A stretch of 58,602 nucleotides of DNA. It comes from a virus. Its lineage: Duplodnaviria > Caudoviricetes. Positions 1 through 7,282 of the stretch are shown here, piece by piece. Position 1 is the stretch's first letter, and each line of letters opens with the position of its first letter. Made by a program: the position numbers and the translations under genes. Location of the stretch: IMG/VR virus record IMGVR_UViG_3300030380_005307, positions 1-58,602 of that record; one strand, 5' to 3'. The notes under the pieces are model-generated. The model did not search any database and had not been told where the DNA came from. It was given only the letters and a program-made list of their open reading frames with translations.

Positions 1-98
1 AAATCTTTGTCGGCTTTTTTCTTTGTTATTTTATGTGCTTCCCATAGCTCATTTACCCTTTTTTCAATATCATCCATGCTTACTTTGTCTTCATCTTT
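1..98. repeat. Terminal overlap with 58504..58601 (circular assembly)
   Basis: Bases 1-98 are identical to 58504-58601; the next base differs (A99 vs G58602). groEL continues in frame across the join. Confidence 0.95.
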
Positions 99-1115
99 AA
101 GGATGATCGTGCTGTCTTTTCCTACGATAACCTTTTTGGCTCTACCCAAATCTTTAAAAGTCATAAGGCTCAGATCATCACCGGTGCTTTCTGAAAAATA
201 AGTAGCACCTACCGAGAGAGCGATGTCATGCATCAGCTCATGACGTTTGTATCCAAAATTGGGAGGTATTATGGTACAAAGTTTCAGATTGTTCTTCATG
301 ACGTTGGCCGCCAACGTATTTGTTACGTTTTGGGAACACGGTGCTACTATTAATAATCTCTTGTTCTCAGCGATAATTGGCTTTAGAACATTCTCAATAG
401 ATAGGATATTATTAATCTCAGAGTCAGAAACTAACACATGCACGTCCTCAAGTATACACTCATCCTTCTTGTGATTGTTTATGAACAGGTGGCTTGAGTA
501 CCCCCGGTCAACCTTTATTCCTTGGGTGGTTTCAAAAGTGGTATCAGAATTTTGACTCTTCTCAACTGTTACGATCCCATTGTCTCCTACCTGGTTATAA
601 GTATCTGATATAATCTTACCTATGCCAGGATCATTGTTGGATGAGATTGTTGCAACATCTAACAATAAATCTTTAGTGACTGGAATAGATCTCTTTTTTA
701 ATTTACTAACTACTTTATCACACAAAGTTGCAAGCTCACGCAATATTTTGGTTTTATTGTCAGTTGGACCTATATGGTCAAATGCATATTTTACAAGAGC
801 CTCTGTTAATACAATCGCTGTAGTTGTACCATCACCAGCTTCTGAAGCTGTCCGATCTGCAGCCTCTTTCATCATCTGTACCGAGAGGTTCTCAACTGCA
901 TCCAAAAGCTGAATGCTTTTAGCTACCGTTACTCCATCTTTAGTAACTGTGATTCCGTGAGTGTGCTGGGGACTCTCAATTAACACAGTGTTACCCATTG
1001 GACCCAATGTGCTCTTTACAGCATCTGATAATTTTGTAATACCTGAAATAAGTTTTGATCTGGCATCTTTTCCAAAATGCAAATCTTTTGGCGAATATCC
1101 TCCCGAATTTTCCAT
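1..1115 (-). CDS. groEL: Chaperonin GroEL, N-terminal part (continues at 58503..58014; 534 aa in total)
   Basis: Manual translation from ATG 1115: MENSGGYSPKDLHFGKDARSKLISG...STLGPMGNTVLIE...VTKDGVTVAK...AGDGTTTA. Joined length is 1605 nt, in frame. This part is missing from the ORF track. Confidence 0.96.
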   Translation of the reverse strand, partial: MENSGGYSPKDLHFGKDARSKLISGITKLSDAVKSTLGPMGNTVLIESPQHTHGITVTKDGVTVAKSIQLLDAVENLSVQMMKEAADRTASEAGDGTTTAIVLTEALVKYAFDHIGPTDNKTKILRELATLCDKVVSKLKKRSIPVTKDLLLDVATISSNNDPGIGKIISDTYNQVGDNGIVTVEKSQNSDTTFETTQGIKVDRGYSSHLFINNHKKDECILEDVHVLVSDSEINNILSIENVLKPIIAENKRLLIVAPCSQNVTNTLAANVMKNNLKLCTIIPPNFGYKRHELMHDIALSVGATYFSESTGDDLSLMTFKDLGRAKKVIVGKDSTIILKDEDKVSMDDIEKRVNELWEAHKITKKKADKD

Positions 1116-1140
1116 TTGATTTAATTTGATTTAATTATTA

Positions 1141-1148
1141 CAAATATA
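1141..1148 (-). promoter_or_regulatory. Bacteroidota-type -7 promoter element (TATATTTG) for groEL/groES
   Basis: Matches TAnnTTTG about 25 nt upstream of the groEL ATG. Confidence 0.7.
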
Positions 1149-1156
1149 TACAAAAG

Positions 1157-1457
1157 TGACGAGTGTCAATTTTTTTCCCCTATACTTATATATATTTTTT
1201 TTTATTTATTAGTAGTTTTCTTGAAGCTTACGCGAGGAATAATTAACATTTCTGACACATGTGTTGATTATCAATGATTTAGGTATTTAAAATTAACACA
1301 ATATCGTCACAATCCGTGTCAATAATGTTGGTTTTGATTAAATCTTACTTGTTAAATAGCCAAACTAACCAAAACAAAATAACAACACTAACGTAAAATA
1401 TCAAACTCTCCGATGTCATTACATAAATTTTTGACACAATGTGTCAACTTTTGACAC
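1157..1457. repeat. Origin-like region A: GTGTCA/TGACAC-type repeats flanking an AT-rich tract
   Basis: Non-coding, with multiple GTGTCA/TGACAC/YAACAC copies including the inverted pair TTGACACAATGTGTCAA at 1431-1447. Shares AATATCGTCACAAT (1300-1313) with 11201-11214. Confidence 0.55.
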
Positions 1458-1484
1458 AAAAAAAGGCTACCCTAAAGTAGCCTT
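1458..1484 (-). terminator. Intrinsic terminator
   Basis: GGCTAC/GTAGCC stem followed by a T-run on the - strand, downstream of ORF 1511..1726. Confidence 0.75.
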
Positions 1485-1510
1485 CCCACAATGAATAATT
1501 AACCAACAAA

Positions 1511-1726
1511 TCAAAAATTATCCAACAAACTCTTTCGCATTTCTGCCCTCCTTATTCCATCAGCTATCTTACTAACCTCACGATCCCTATCAATCGCCCT
1601 CTTAATGTCAGCCATCTGCTGTATTCCATTCATACTATTAGGCCGACCGTTGATCAACCTACCATCCTTTACGTACAACCCGTCTACCATGTCACTAATT
1701 GTACTGTTCTTATTCATATGTGCCAT
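1511..1726 (-). CDS. Hypothetical protein (71 aa)
   Basis: ORF track; followed by a terminator. Confidence 0.75.
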   Translation of the reverse strand: MAHMNKNSTISDMVDGLYVKDGRLINGRPNSMNGIQQMADIKRAIDRDREVSKIADGIRRAEMRKSLLDNF

Positions 1727-1865
1727 ATCCTTTAATTTTTATCGATATTAATCCTATATATATTATTAATTCACTCCAATTATGATCCTTATCCCTAGAA
1801 TAGTAGGACCAACCCAATGCAAACCCTACTCGTAATCTATTATACAACTCTAAAGTATAAGACAT
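1710..1865 (-). CDS. Small hypothetical protein (51 aa, MSYTLELYNRLRVGFALGWSYY...)
   Basis: Manual translation; a TATCTTTG promoter element lies immediately upstream (1869-1876). Confidence 0.6.
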   Translation of the reverse strand: MSYTLELYNRLRVGFALGWSYYSRDKDHNWSELIIYIGLISIKIKGYGTYE

Positions 1866-1868
1866 TAT

Positions 1869-1876
1869 CAAAGATA
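1869..1876 (-). promoter_or_regulatory. -7 promoter element TATCTTTG, first promoter of the - strand arm
   Basis: Consensus match at the point where the two transcription directions diverge. Confidence 0.6.
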
Positions 1877-2294
1877 CAAATTTATTAGATACATAGAAGC
1901 TTTGTATTATACTATACTATACGCGCGCTGGCCGTCAAAGCAAACGCATTTTTTTTGACTGGGGTGGGGTGACACATGATCGGTGCATTGCAGATTTTTT
2001 GCCGTTTTGTCTGACTGACTATCAGGTACTTACAAGGTCGTCAACTGGGGAGCATCCTTGGTGATCCGTATTTTGTTTGACGTTTCGCAAAAATAATCCT
2101 CTTTGAGGAACGCTCACTGCGTTCGCTTAATACCCCAAAAGAGCAATTTAAAACCTAATTAAAGTAGATAATCCAGTCCGGGATCCAGCCCGACCACCAC
2201 AAGATCCCGGTCAGATTTGACACAAAACAACATTTCAAACATTTGATCAAACAAATCAATGTAAATCTCATTAGTTATTTATATAAATTCTATG

Positions 2295-2302
2295 TATATT
2301 TA
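2295..2302 (+). promoter_or_regulatory. Putative early promoter -7 variant (TATATTTA)
   Basis: One mismatch to TAnnTTTG, in an AT-rich context upstream of the first + strand gene. Confidence 0.45.
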
Positions 2303-2384
2303 CATCATGAGAGACAAACAACATACTGAAATCAAACGTAACTCACTCACTCTCAGTGAGTTACCTAACTTAAACCCTATTAAA

Positions 2385-2879
2385 ATGAAAAATTCAACAA
2401 CAACAACAGGTTATCACTTCACCTACAAAAAATACGATGTACAGATTACTCGGCTTTTCTGGGGGGGGAACAAAGAAGGTGATTGGGCAGTCGATGTCTT
2501 CAGACCAAATGGTTATAGATTATCGAGTAAATGTTTAGCTACTACTGATGACTGCGAGTCGTTTGCCAAAGATCAGGTAGAAGATCACATCAATTCAATG
2601 ATTGATCCGGATATGATCGATTCAATCGTTTGGTATGGACTTAATTACAATCCTAACTTTATCGATGAATGTTGGTCAGATGATCCATCCTTAGCTAATC
2701 ATTTAAAAGACAAGTTTGCGATGTGTCATGAAGGAACTGATGAATTGAAAGGATGGGTAAAGATAAGGTTGTCATATGGAGTCTTCACAAGATTCTTAAC
2801 CATGTTGGACAATGGTAACAGAGAGAAGTTATACAAATACATTCTTGAGAGATATAGCCACAGAAAAGGATGGTTATAA
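2385..2879 (+). CDS. Early hypothetical protein (likely start MKNSTTTTG)
   Basis: ORF track gives 2292..2879, but the extension covers the promoter and a leader hairpin; ATG 2385 has an A-rich leader. Confidence 0.75.
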   Translation: MKNSTTTTGYHFTYKKYDVQITRLFWGGNKEGDWAVDVFRPNGYRLSSKCLATTDDCESFAKDQVEDHINSMIDPDMIDSIVWYGLNYNPNFIDECWSDDPSLANHLKDKFAMCHEGTDELKGWVKIRLSYGVFTRFLTMLDNGNREKLYKYILERYSHRKGWL

Positions 2880-2884
2880 TCAAT

Positions 2885-2940
2885 TGCCTAATTGGATGTA
2901 CCGGGGTTCGATTCCCCGGTAGGCATCGACAATAATGTCA
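2885..2940 (+). ncRNA. tRNA-like (T-arm minihelix) intergenic element E1
   Basis: TGCCT/AGGCA outer stem, ATTGGAT bulge, ACCGGGG-TTCGATT-CCCCGGT T-arm, then TC and a GACA-ATAA-TGTC hairpin. Confidence 0.75.
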
Positions 2941-2960
2941 AACAACAAACAACAAAAATT

Positions 2961-3908
2961 ATGAATAATCAAGACAAAATTTTCAAACAAGTAAACGACA
3001 TCGTTTTAGAGGGGCTAAAGCGAGATGGGATGAAATGGTTCATGCCATGGAAACCGGGTGAAGAGTTTCAACCTATGAATCACTCCTCCAAAACCTATTA
3101 CAAAGGGTTCAATGTGTTCATGCTCAATGCAGTCATGACCTATGAAAGATATGAGTTTAACCAATGGTTGACCTACAAGCAATGCAAAGCTAATGGTGGT
3201 CAGGTTAATAAAGGTGAGAAATCAACCCAGATATACTTTTGGAAGATCGGATACTTTGATCAAAAGACTGAGAAATACCTATCTGATAAAGAGATCAAGA
3301 AAGCTAATCTATCAGAAAAGATTGTGGTTGATGGTACAACACAAAACCGATACAAAAAGACATTCTCAGTCAGATATTACAATGTGTTCAATGTCGCCCA
3401 ATGTGATGGCATTGATCCAATTGTATTTGATCAGTCTGAGATCACAAAGGCAAACGAACCAATCAAGGTTGCTGATGATCTTGCAAAAAGCTATGTTGAC
3501 CGGGATGGTAAGTTAAGACTCGAACACCTACAAGATCGTGCATTTTACAATGTCAACAGAGACATGGTCAATATGCCTAAACTTGAATCGTTTGTAGACT
3601 CTGATTCGTACTACAAAGTACTTTTCCATGAGTTAGCCCATTCAACTGGACACAAGGATCGAATGGATCGTAAAAGTCTTACAGAAGTATCCAATTGGGG
3701 TGATAACACCTATGCCAAGGAGGAACTGGTCGCTGAGATTTCAGCGATGTACATCTCAGGGATGTTGGGGCTTGATCCGAAAGACTGTGATCAGAATAGT
3801 GTGGCCTACATCAAGGGATGGTGTAAGCATCTATCTGATAAGCCAAAGGAATGCTTGTATGCGATGCAACAAGCGACAAAGGTTGTTGCCTACATCCAAG
3901 GTAACTAA
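2961..3908 (+). CDS. ardC: ArdC-like anti-restriction protein (ssDNA-binding N-domain plus zincin-like domain)
   Basis: W..PW, Y.G.N, WLTYKQ...GGQV.KGEK, VFNVAQ, HELAHSTGH and YAKEELVAE motifs. Real start is probably MNNQDKIF at 2961. Confidence 0.9.
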   Translation: MNNQDKIFKQVNDIVLEGLKRDGMKWFMPWKPGEEFQPMNHSSKTYYKGFNVFMLNAVMTYERYEFNQWLTYKQCKANGGQVNKGEKSTQIYFWKIGYFDQKTEKYLSDKEIKKANLSEKIVVDGTTQNRYKKTFSVRYYNVFNVAQCDGIDPIVFDQSEITKANEPIKVADDLAKSYVDRDGKLRLEHLQDRAFYNVNRDMVNMPKLESFVDSDSYYKVLFHELAHSTGHKDRMDRKSLTEVSNWGDNTYAKEELVAEISAMYISGMLGLDPKDCDQNSVAYIKGWCKHLSDKPKECLYAMQQATKVVAYIQGN

Positions 3909-3913
3909 TCAAC

Positions 3914-3970
3914 TCCGGGATTGGATCATGGAGGGGATCGTTTCCCCTCCCCGGATCGACAATATTGTCA
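3914..3970 (+). ncRNA. tRNA-like intergenic element E2
   Basis: TCCGG/CCGGA outer stem, ATTGGAT bulge, GGAGGGG-ATCGTTT-CCCCTCC arm, then TC and a GACAATATTGTC hairpin; compensatory changes relative to E1. Confidence 0.75.
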
Positions 3971-3989
3971 TTAACTAACAACAATAATT

Positions 3990-4385
3990 ATGTTAAAATC
4001 AGTATCATTTAAAAACTTGCCGAACAAATGCAAGTGTGGTATGTGGAACGTTGACCCAAAGGATTATGATGTATCGAAGTATGTCGGTATTCGTGTGGTT
4101 GATATTCCTAAATGCCGATCAGCAAAGAAGTTCAATTCTTTAGGGATCGGAGTAGCTTGTTTCGATGGGATCGAGTATCAAGGGTTTGGAGTCAAACACT
4201 ATGTTGACTATCACCGAGGGTTTGGTGATAGCAATGGATGTTCTATGACAACTGGATTTGAGGATGGAACAATGGCTGATCTTCTTGACCATGTAACTTG
4301 TGGAAGTGAAGTTTATCTTCATTGGGAATATTTAAAGGGTCATCCTAAAGCGTATGATTGCGAATGTAAAACCGAGAAATCATGA
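3990..4385 (+). CDS. Cys-rich early hypothetical protein
   Basis: ORF track; A-rich leader after E2. Confidence 0.75.
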   Translation: MLKSVSFKNLPNKCKCGMWNVDPKDYDVSKYVGIRVVDIPKCRSAKKFNSLGIGVACFDGIEYQGFGVKHYVDYHRGFGDSNGCSMTTGFEDGTMADLLDHVTCGSEVYLHWEYLKGHPKAYDCECKTEKS

Positions 4386-4630
4386 AACAAAGACTATTAA
4401 AATTTATTTGGAACGCCTTGTCTAAAATGGACAAGGGAAGGAAATGGGATTATGAATCAGCACCATATTGTGGTCATCATCATCAGGGATTTGAAAACAA
4501 GTACATCTCTGAAAGCTATCACGAAGGTGAAGGTGGAGGATTCTCAAAAGTCTCATTGTTGGGTTACATCATTGAGATGGACAATGTGTACCAGTCAGGT
4601 ACAATGTATTATTTAGTTAAAAAGATGTAA
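4382..4630 (+). CDS. Early hypothetical protein
   Basis: ORF track; ATGA overlap with the upstream gene. Confidence 0.75.
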   Translation: MKQRLLKFIWNALSKMDKGRKWDYESAPYCGHHHQGFENKYISESYHEGEGGGFSKVSLLGYIIEMDNVYQSGTMYYLVKKM

Positions 4631-4657
4631 CCGATGTCAGGGAGGGTTACACCTCCC

Positions 4658-4708
4658 TCTGTCGATAGGTGTGTGCCTATCCTGATGAGATCAAAAGATC
4701 GAAACGGA
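4658..4708 (+). ncRNA. Type III hammerhead ribozyme (predicted cleavage after GUC, 4663)
   Basis: Stem III UCUGU/ACGGA; GUC 4661-4663; stem I GAUAGG-UGUGUG-CCUAUC; core CUGAUGA 4682-4688; stem II GAUC-AAAA-GAUC; GAAA 4701-4704. Confidence 0.9.
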
Positions 4709-4729
4709 TTATTAACTAACAACAAAATT

Positions 4730-5035
4730 ATGTTACATTCAAAATTTAACACATCGTTTGATCTGACTGAACGTTCAGTTACGATCCACATTACTTACCG
4801 AGTCAATGGTGAGAATCACTACTTATCACCTTGGTTTTTATTTGATGATCAAGGTAAGCTAATAATTGATGACAATCGAGTACTAAAGGATTGTTTTAAG
4901 TACATAGCAAGACATATTAAAACTACCATGTCAAAACTCCAACAATATTTAGAGAAAGGATATCAAGAGTATCAAGAGGAGTGGCTAATGAATTATGACC
5001 ATTTAGAAACCATCAAACAAACATTAAACGATTAA
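4730..5035 (+). CDS. Early hypothetical protein (start MLHSKF)
   Basis: The ORF-track extension from 4634 runs through the ribozyme. ATG 4730 has nearly the same leader as ATG 3990. Confidence 0.75.
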   Translation: MLHSKFNTSFDLTERSVTIHITYRVNGENHYLSPWFLFDDQGKLIIDDNRVLKDCFKYIARHIKTTMSKLQQYLEKGYQEYQEEWLMNYDHLETIKQTLND

Positions 5036-5039
5036 GATT

Positions 5040-5306
5040 ATGTCACACAAAATTTTTCATGGCTCTCTTCAAAAACGAGAGCAAAGGGAACTGGCGAATT
5101 GGAAGAAAGATTTGCCAAGTATAGTCAGAGAATTTATGGCTACCAATCCATCAGAGGATGCGATTGAGGACTTTTATACCACAAAGGTAATGCGATATAC
5201 CAAAGATAGTATAGAAGAGATTCTAAAGGATGATTTAAATAACATTGAGACTACTGTGGAAATAGTAAACCATTTCGGTAGTTTCTTCAAACCTAACAAC
5301 AAATAA
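5040..5306 (+). CDS. Hypothetical protein
   Basis: ORF track; tight operon spacing. Confidence 0.75.
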   Translation: MSHKIFHGSLQKREQRELANWKKDLPSIVREFMATNPSEDAIEDFYTTKVMRYTKDSIEEILKDDLNNIETTVEIVNHFGSFFKPNNK

Positions 5307-5316
5307 ACCAAACAAA

Positions 5317-5514
5317 ATGACAATAAAAGAATTAAAAGATGTTTTGAAAACTTACAACGACAATGATGTTGTTGTAGTAGAAGTACATGATACAATCCTT
5401 TATGAGGATTTGTATGAATTTGACATTGATTCCATAAAGATGGACAAGAATAGAAAAGAGATAAGGATTTGTCCAAAAAACCATAAAGAAGAAGTTAACT
5501 TAAACCAACAATAA
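5317..5514 (+). CDS. Small acidic hypothetical protein
   Basis: ORF track; A-rich leader. Confidence 0.7.
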   Translation: MTIKELKDVLKTYNDNDVVVVEVHDTILYEDLYEFDIDSIKMDKNRKEIRICPKNHKEEVNLNQQ

Positions 5515-5515
5515 A

Positions 5516-5713
5516 ATGAAAGAGCAAAGAGTGTATATGATAGACACAACATTTGATGATTTGGATATTCCAAAGTTTGATGATAAAAGAACAGACAAAA
5601 TTTTTATGGAAATATCTGAACAACAAGGCAATGTATATTCTTTAGGAGGATTTACAAAGGCATTTAATAGAGGAGAAATAAACTCGAACACCGATATAAT
5701 AAGAATAATTTAA
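5516..5713 (+). CDS. Small hypothetical protein
   Basis: ORF track. Confidence 0.7.
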   Translation: MKEQRVYMIDTTFDDLDIPKFDDKRTDKIFMEISEQQGNVYSLGGFTKAFNRGEINSNTDIIRII

Positions 5714-5724
5714 AAACCAATAAA

Positions 5725-5898
5725 ATGAAAGACAAGAAAACCTTTAGTTTTTATGTTCCTTGTAGTATGATGTATTACATAGAAGCAAAAAACGAAAAAG
5801 AAGCAAGACAAATTTTAATAGATCAAGGAGGGATTTCTATTCAAGGGGATTTACTAATTGATAAATCAGATTATTTAGAAGCTGAAATATATAATTAA
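5725..5898 (+). CDS. Small hypothetical protein (57 aa, MKDKKTFSFYVPC...)
   Basis: Manual translation; fills the operon gap. Confidence 0.7.
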   Translation: MKDKKTFSFYVPCSMMYYIEAKNEKEARQILIDQGGISIQGDLLIDKSDYLEAEIYN

Positions 5899-5913
5899 TT
5901 TAAAACCAATAAA

Positions 5914-6087
5914 ATGAAAGAATTAAATATTTGTTTACGTTGTGATCATTTATCTGAAGATGTATATGAAGATGAAACATTTGATATAGATGATTACCAC
6001 AGAATACAATGCCCAAAATGTTATAGTAGTGAATACTACCTTGCAACAGAGGTAGAAGAATTTATACATAAACTTAAATTAAAATAA
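5914..6087 (+). CDS. Small zinc-ribbon protein (57 aa)
   Basis: Manual translation with a CLRC...CPKC pair. Confidence 0.7.
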   Translation: MKELNICLRCDHLSEDVYEDETFDIDDYHRIQCPKCYSSEYYLATEVEEFIHKLKLK

Positions 6088-6088
6088 A

Positions 6089-6397
6089 ATGAGAATGATA
6101 GATTTAGATAAAGAAAAAGTTGAAGGAGGATGTCTTTATTGGACTGCTTTAGATGTAGCATATAAAGTAGAACATTGGGTAGAAATGCCTTCTGATGTTC
6201 AAGAAGTTTATCAAATAATCGATGAACACACAGAAGAACACCGAGAATATTTACAAGGATTAATGCAAGATGCTATTGAGGAAAATCACGAAACCATATG
6301 CGATAAAATTAATGAATGCCTTTGGGATTATATGATTGAAAATAAAACAGAAATAATCCAAACGCTTATTGAAAATAAATATTTAAAACTAAAATAA
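6089..6397 (+). CDS. Acidic hypothetical protein
   Basis: ORF track. Confidence 0.75.
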   Translation: MRMIDLDKEKVEGGCLYWTALDVAYKVEHWVEMPSDVQEVYQIIDEHTEEHREYLQGLMQDAIEENHETICDKINECLWDYMIENKTEIIQTLIENKYLKLK

Positions 6398-6398
6398 A

Positions 6399-6644
6399 AT
6401 GAAAATAATAACAAACACAAAAGTCATTGAAAAAGCTATCTCCTATGATGGGGATAGCTATATGGTATGGGAGTATACCAATGACAACAAGAACAAAGAG
6501 ATAGCCATCATGGATGATACCGGATATGATGTAAGCCTAAAGACCAAAGTACTGGAGGATGGTAAAGTAAAATCAGAAGTACATTTACTTTGTCCAGACC
6601 CGGAGGAGTACATACATGAACAATTTATAAACTTTAAAAATTAA
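6399..6644 (+). CDS. Hypothetical protein
   Basis: ORF track. Confidence 0.7.
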   Translation: MKIITNTKVIEKAISYDGDSYMVWEYTNDNKNKEIAIMDDTGYDVSLKTKVLEDGKVKSEVHLLCPDPEEYIHEQFINFKN

Positions 6645-6649
6645 ATAAA

Positions 6650-6808
6650 ATGAAAAAAAGATTTACAACAGAATTGGGAATATTTTTAAATGAATATGCA
6701 AAAAATAATTTTGACTGTGATGGTTATGACCAATTACCTGAAAACACAAAAATGTGGATTAGAAATGATATAGTTAATAAAATGGACGAATTATTAAATT
6801 TAAATTAA
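6650..6808 (+). CDS. Small hypothetical protein (52 aa)
   Basis: Manual translation MKKRFTTELGIFLNEYAK... Confidence 0.65.
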   Translation: MKKRFTTELGIFLNEYAKNNFDCDGYDQLPENTKMWIRNDIVNKMDELLNLN

Positions 6809-6813
6809 AAAAA

Positions 6814-6921
6814 ATGAGAATATATAAAGAACACAAAGATGGAGAGATCGTGGCAATTTTACACAGAGATTTTCCAAAGGTTTATGATCAGATATTAGAA
6901 TATTTAGATCAAGAAGGATAG
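6814..6921 (+). CDS. Small hypothetical protein (35 aa)
   Basis: Manual translation MRIYKEHKDGEIV...; its stop codon overlaps E4. Confidence 0.55.
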   Translation: MRIYKEHKDGEIVAILHRDFPKVYDQILEYLDQEG

Positions 6922-6973
6922 CATGGTGCATTGGGAGGTTCGATTCCTCCCTGTCCACGAGTAATAATGCTCA
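6916..6973 (+). ncRNA. tRNA-like intergenic element E4
   Basis: GGATA/TGTCC outer stem, TGG-containing bulge, GGGAGG-TTCGATT-CCTCCC T-arm, then AC and a GAGTA-ATAA-TGCTC hairpin. Confidence 0.75.
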
Positions 6974-6992
6974 ATAATTTAATCAACATATT

Positions 6993-7256
6993 ATGTCAGA
7001 ATTTGAAACAAAAAATTTAATTGTAAAATGGCAAAACTCAACAAGGAAGTTACTTGTTGGTAAAACGATCAAACACATCAGGTACTTAAATGATGAGGAA
7101 ATGGAGGCTCTTATGTGGCATTCAAGACCAATAGTAATTGTTTTTACTGATGGAAGTTTACTTATTCCCCAATCAGATGATGAGGGAAATGATGGTGGTG
7201 CAATGCTCTACCAAGACAAAGATGGTAATCATGATGTAATCCCAGTAATTTATTAA
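6993..7256 (+). CDS. Phage hypothetical protein (DDEGNDGG motif)
   Basis: ORF track. Confidence 0.8.
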   Translation: MSEFETKNLIVKWQNSTRKLLVGKTIKHIRYLNDEEMEALMWHSRPIVIVFTDGSLLIPQSDDEGNDGGAMLYQDKDGNHDVIPVIY

Positions 7257-7282
7257 GATGGCACATAACTACAACACTCCTG

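Noticed and set aside
1-98. Biological direct terminal repeat
   Set aside because: It falls in the middle of groEL and its length fits an assembler k-mer overlap.
7-912. + strand ORFs at 7, 247 and 622, and the many short ORFs antisense to structural genes
   Set aside because: Shadow frames of groEL and other long - strand genes, with no recognisable motifs.
1157-1457. CRISPR array
   Set aside because: Repeats are only 6-8 bp, occur in both orientations and are irregularly spaced; no cas genes.
2545-2570. CTGATGA inside the first early gene
   Set aside because: Not followed by stem II plus GAAA; it is ordinary coding sequence.
2885-2940. tRNA gene calls for the GGTTCGATTCC-containing elements (also 6916-6973)
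   Set aside because: No D-stem or anticodon arm, too short and no CCA; kept as tRNA-like elements instead.
4634-4729. N-terminal extensions in the ORF track (also 2292-2384, 2892-2960, 11150-11194, 48159-48272)
   Set aside because: They overlap structured RNA, promoter, origin-like sequence or another gene; downstream ATGs have typical A-rich leaders.
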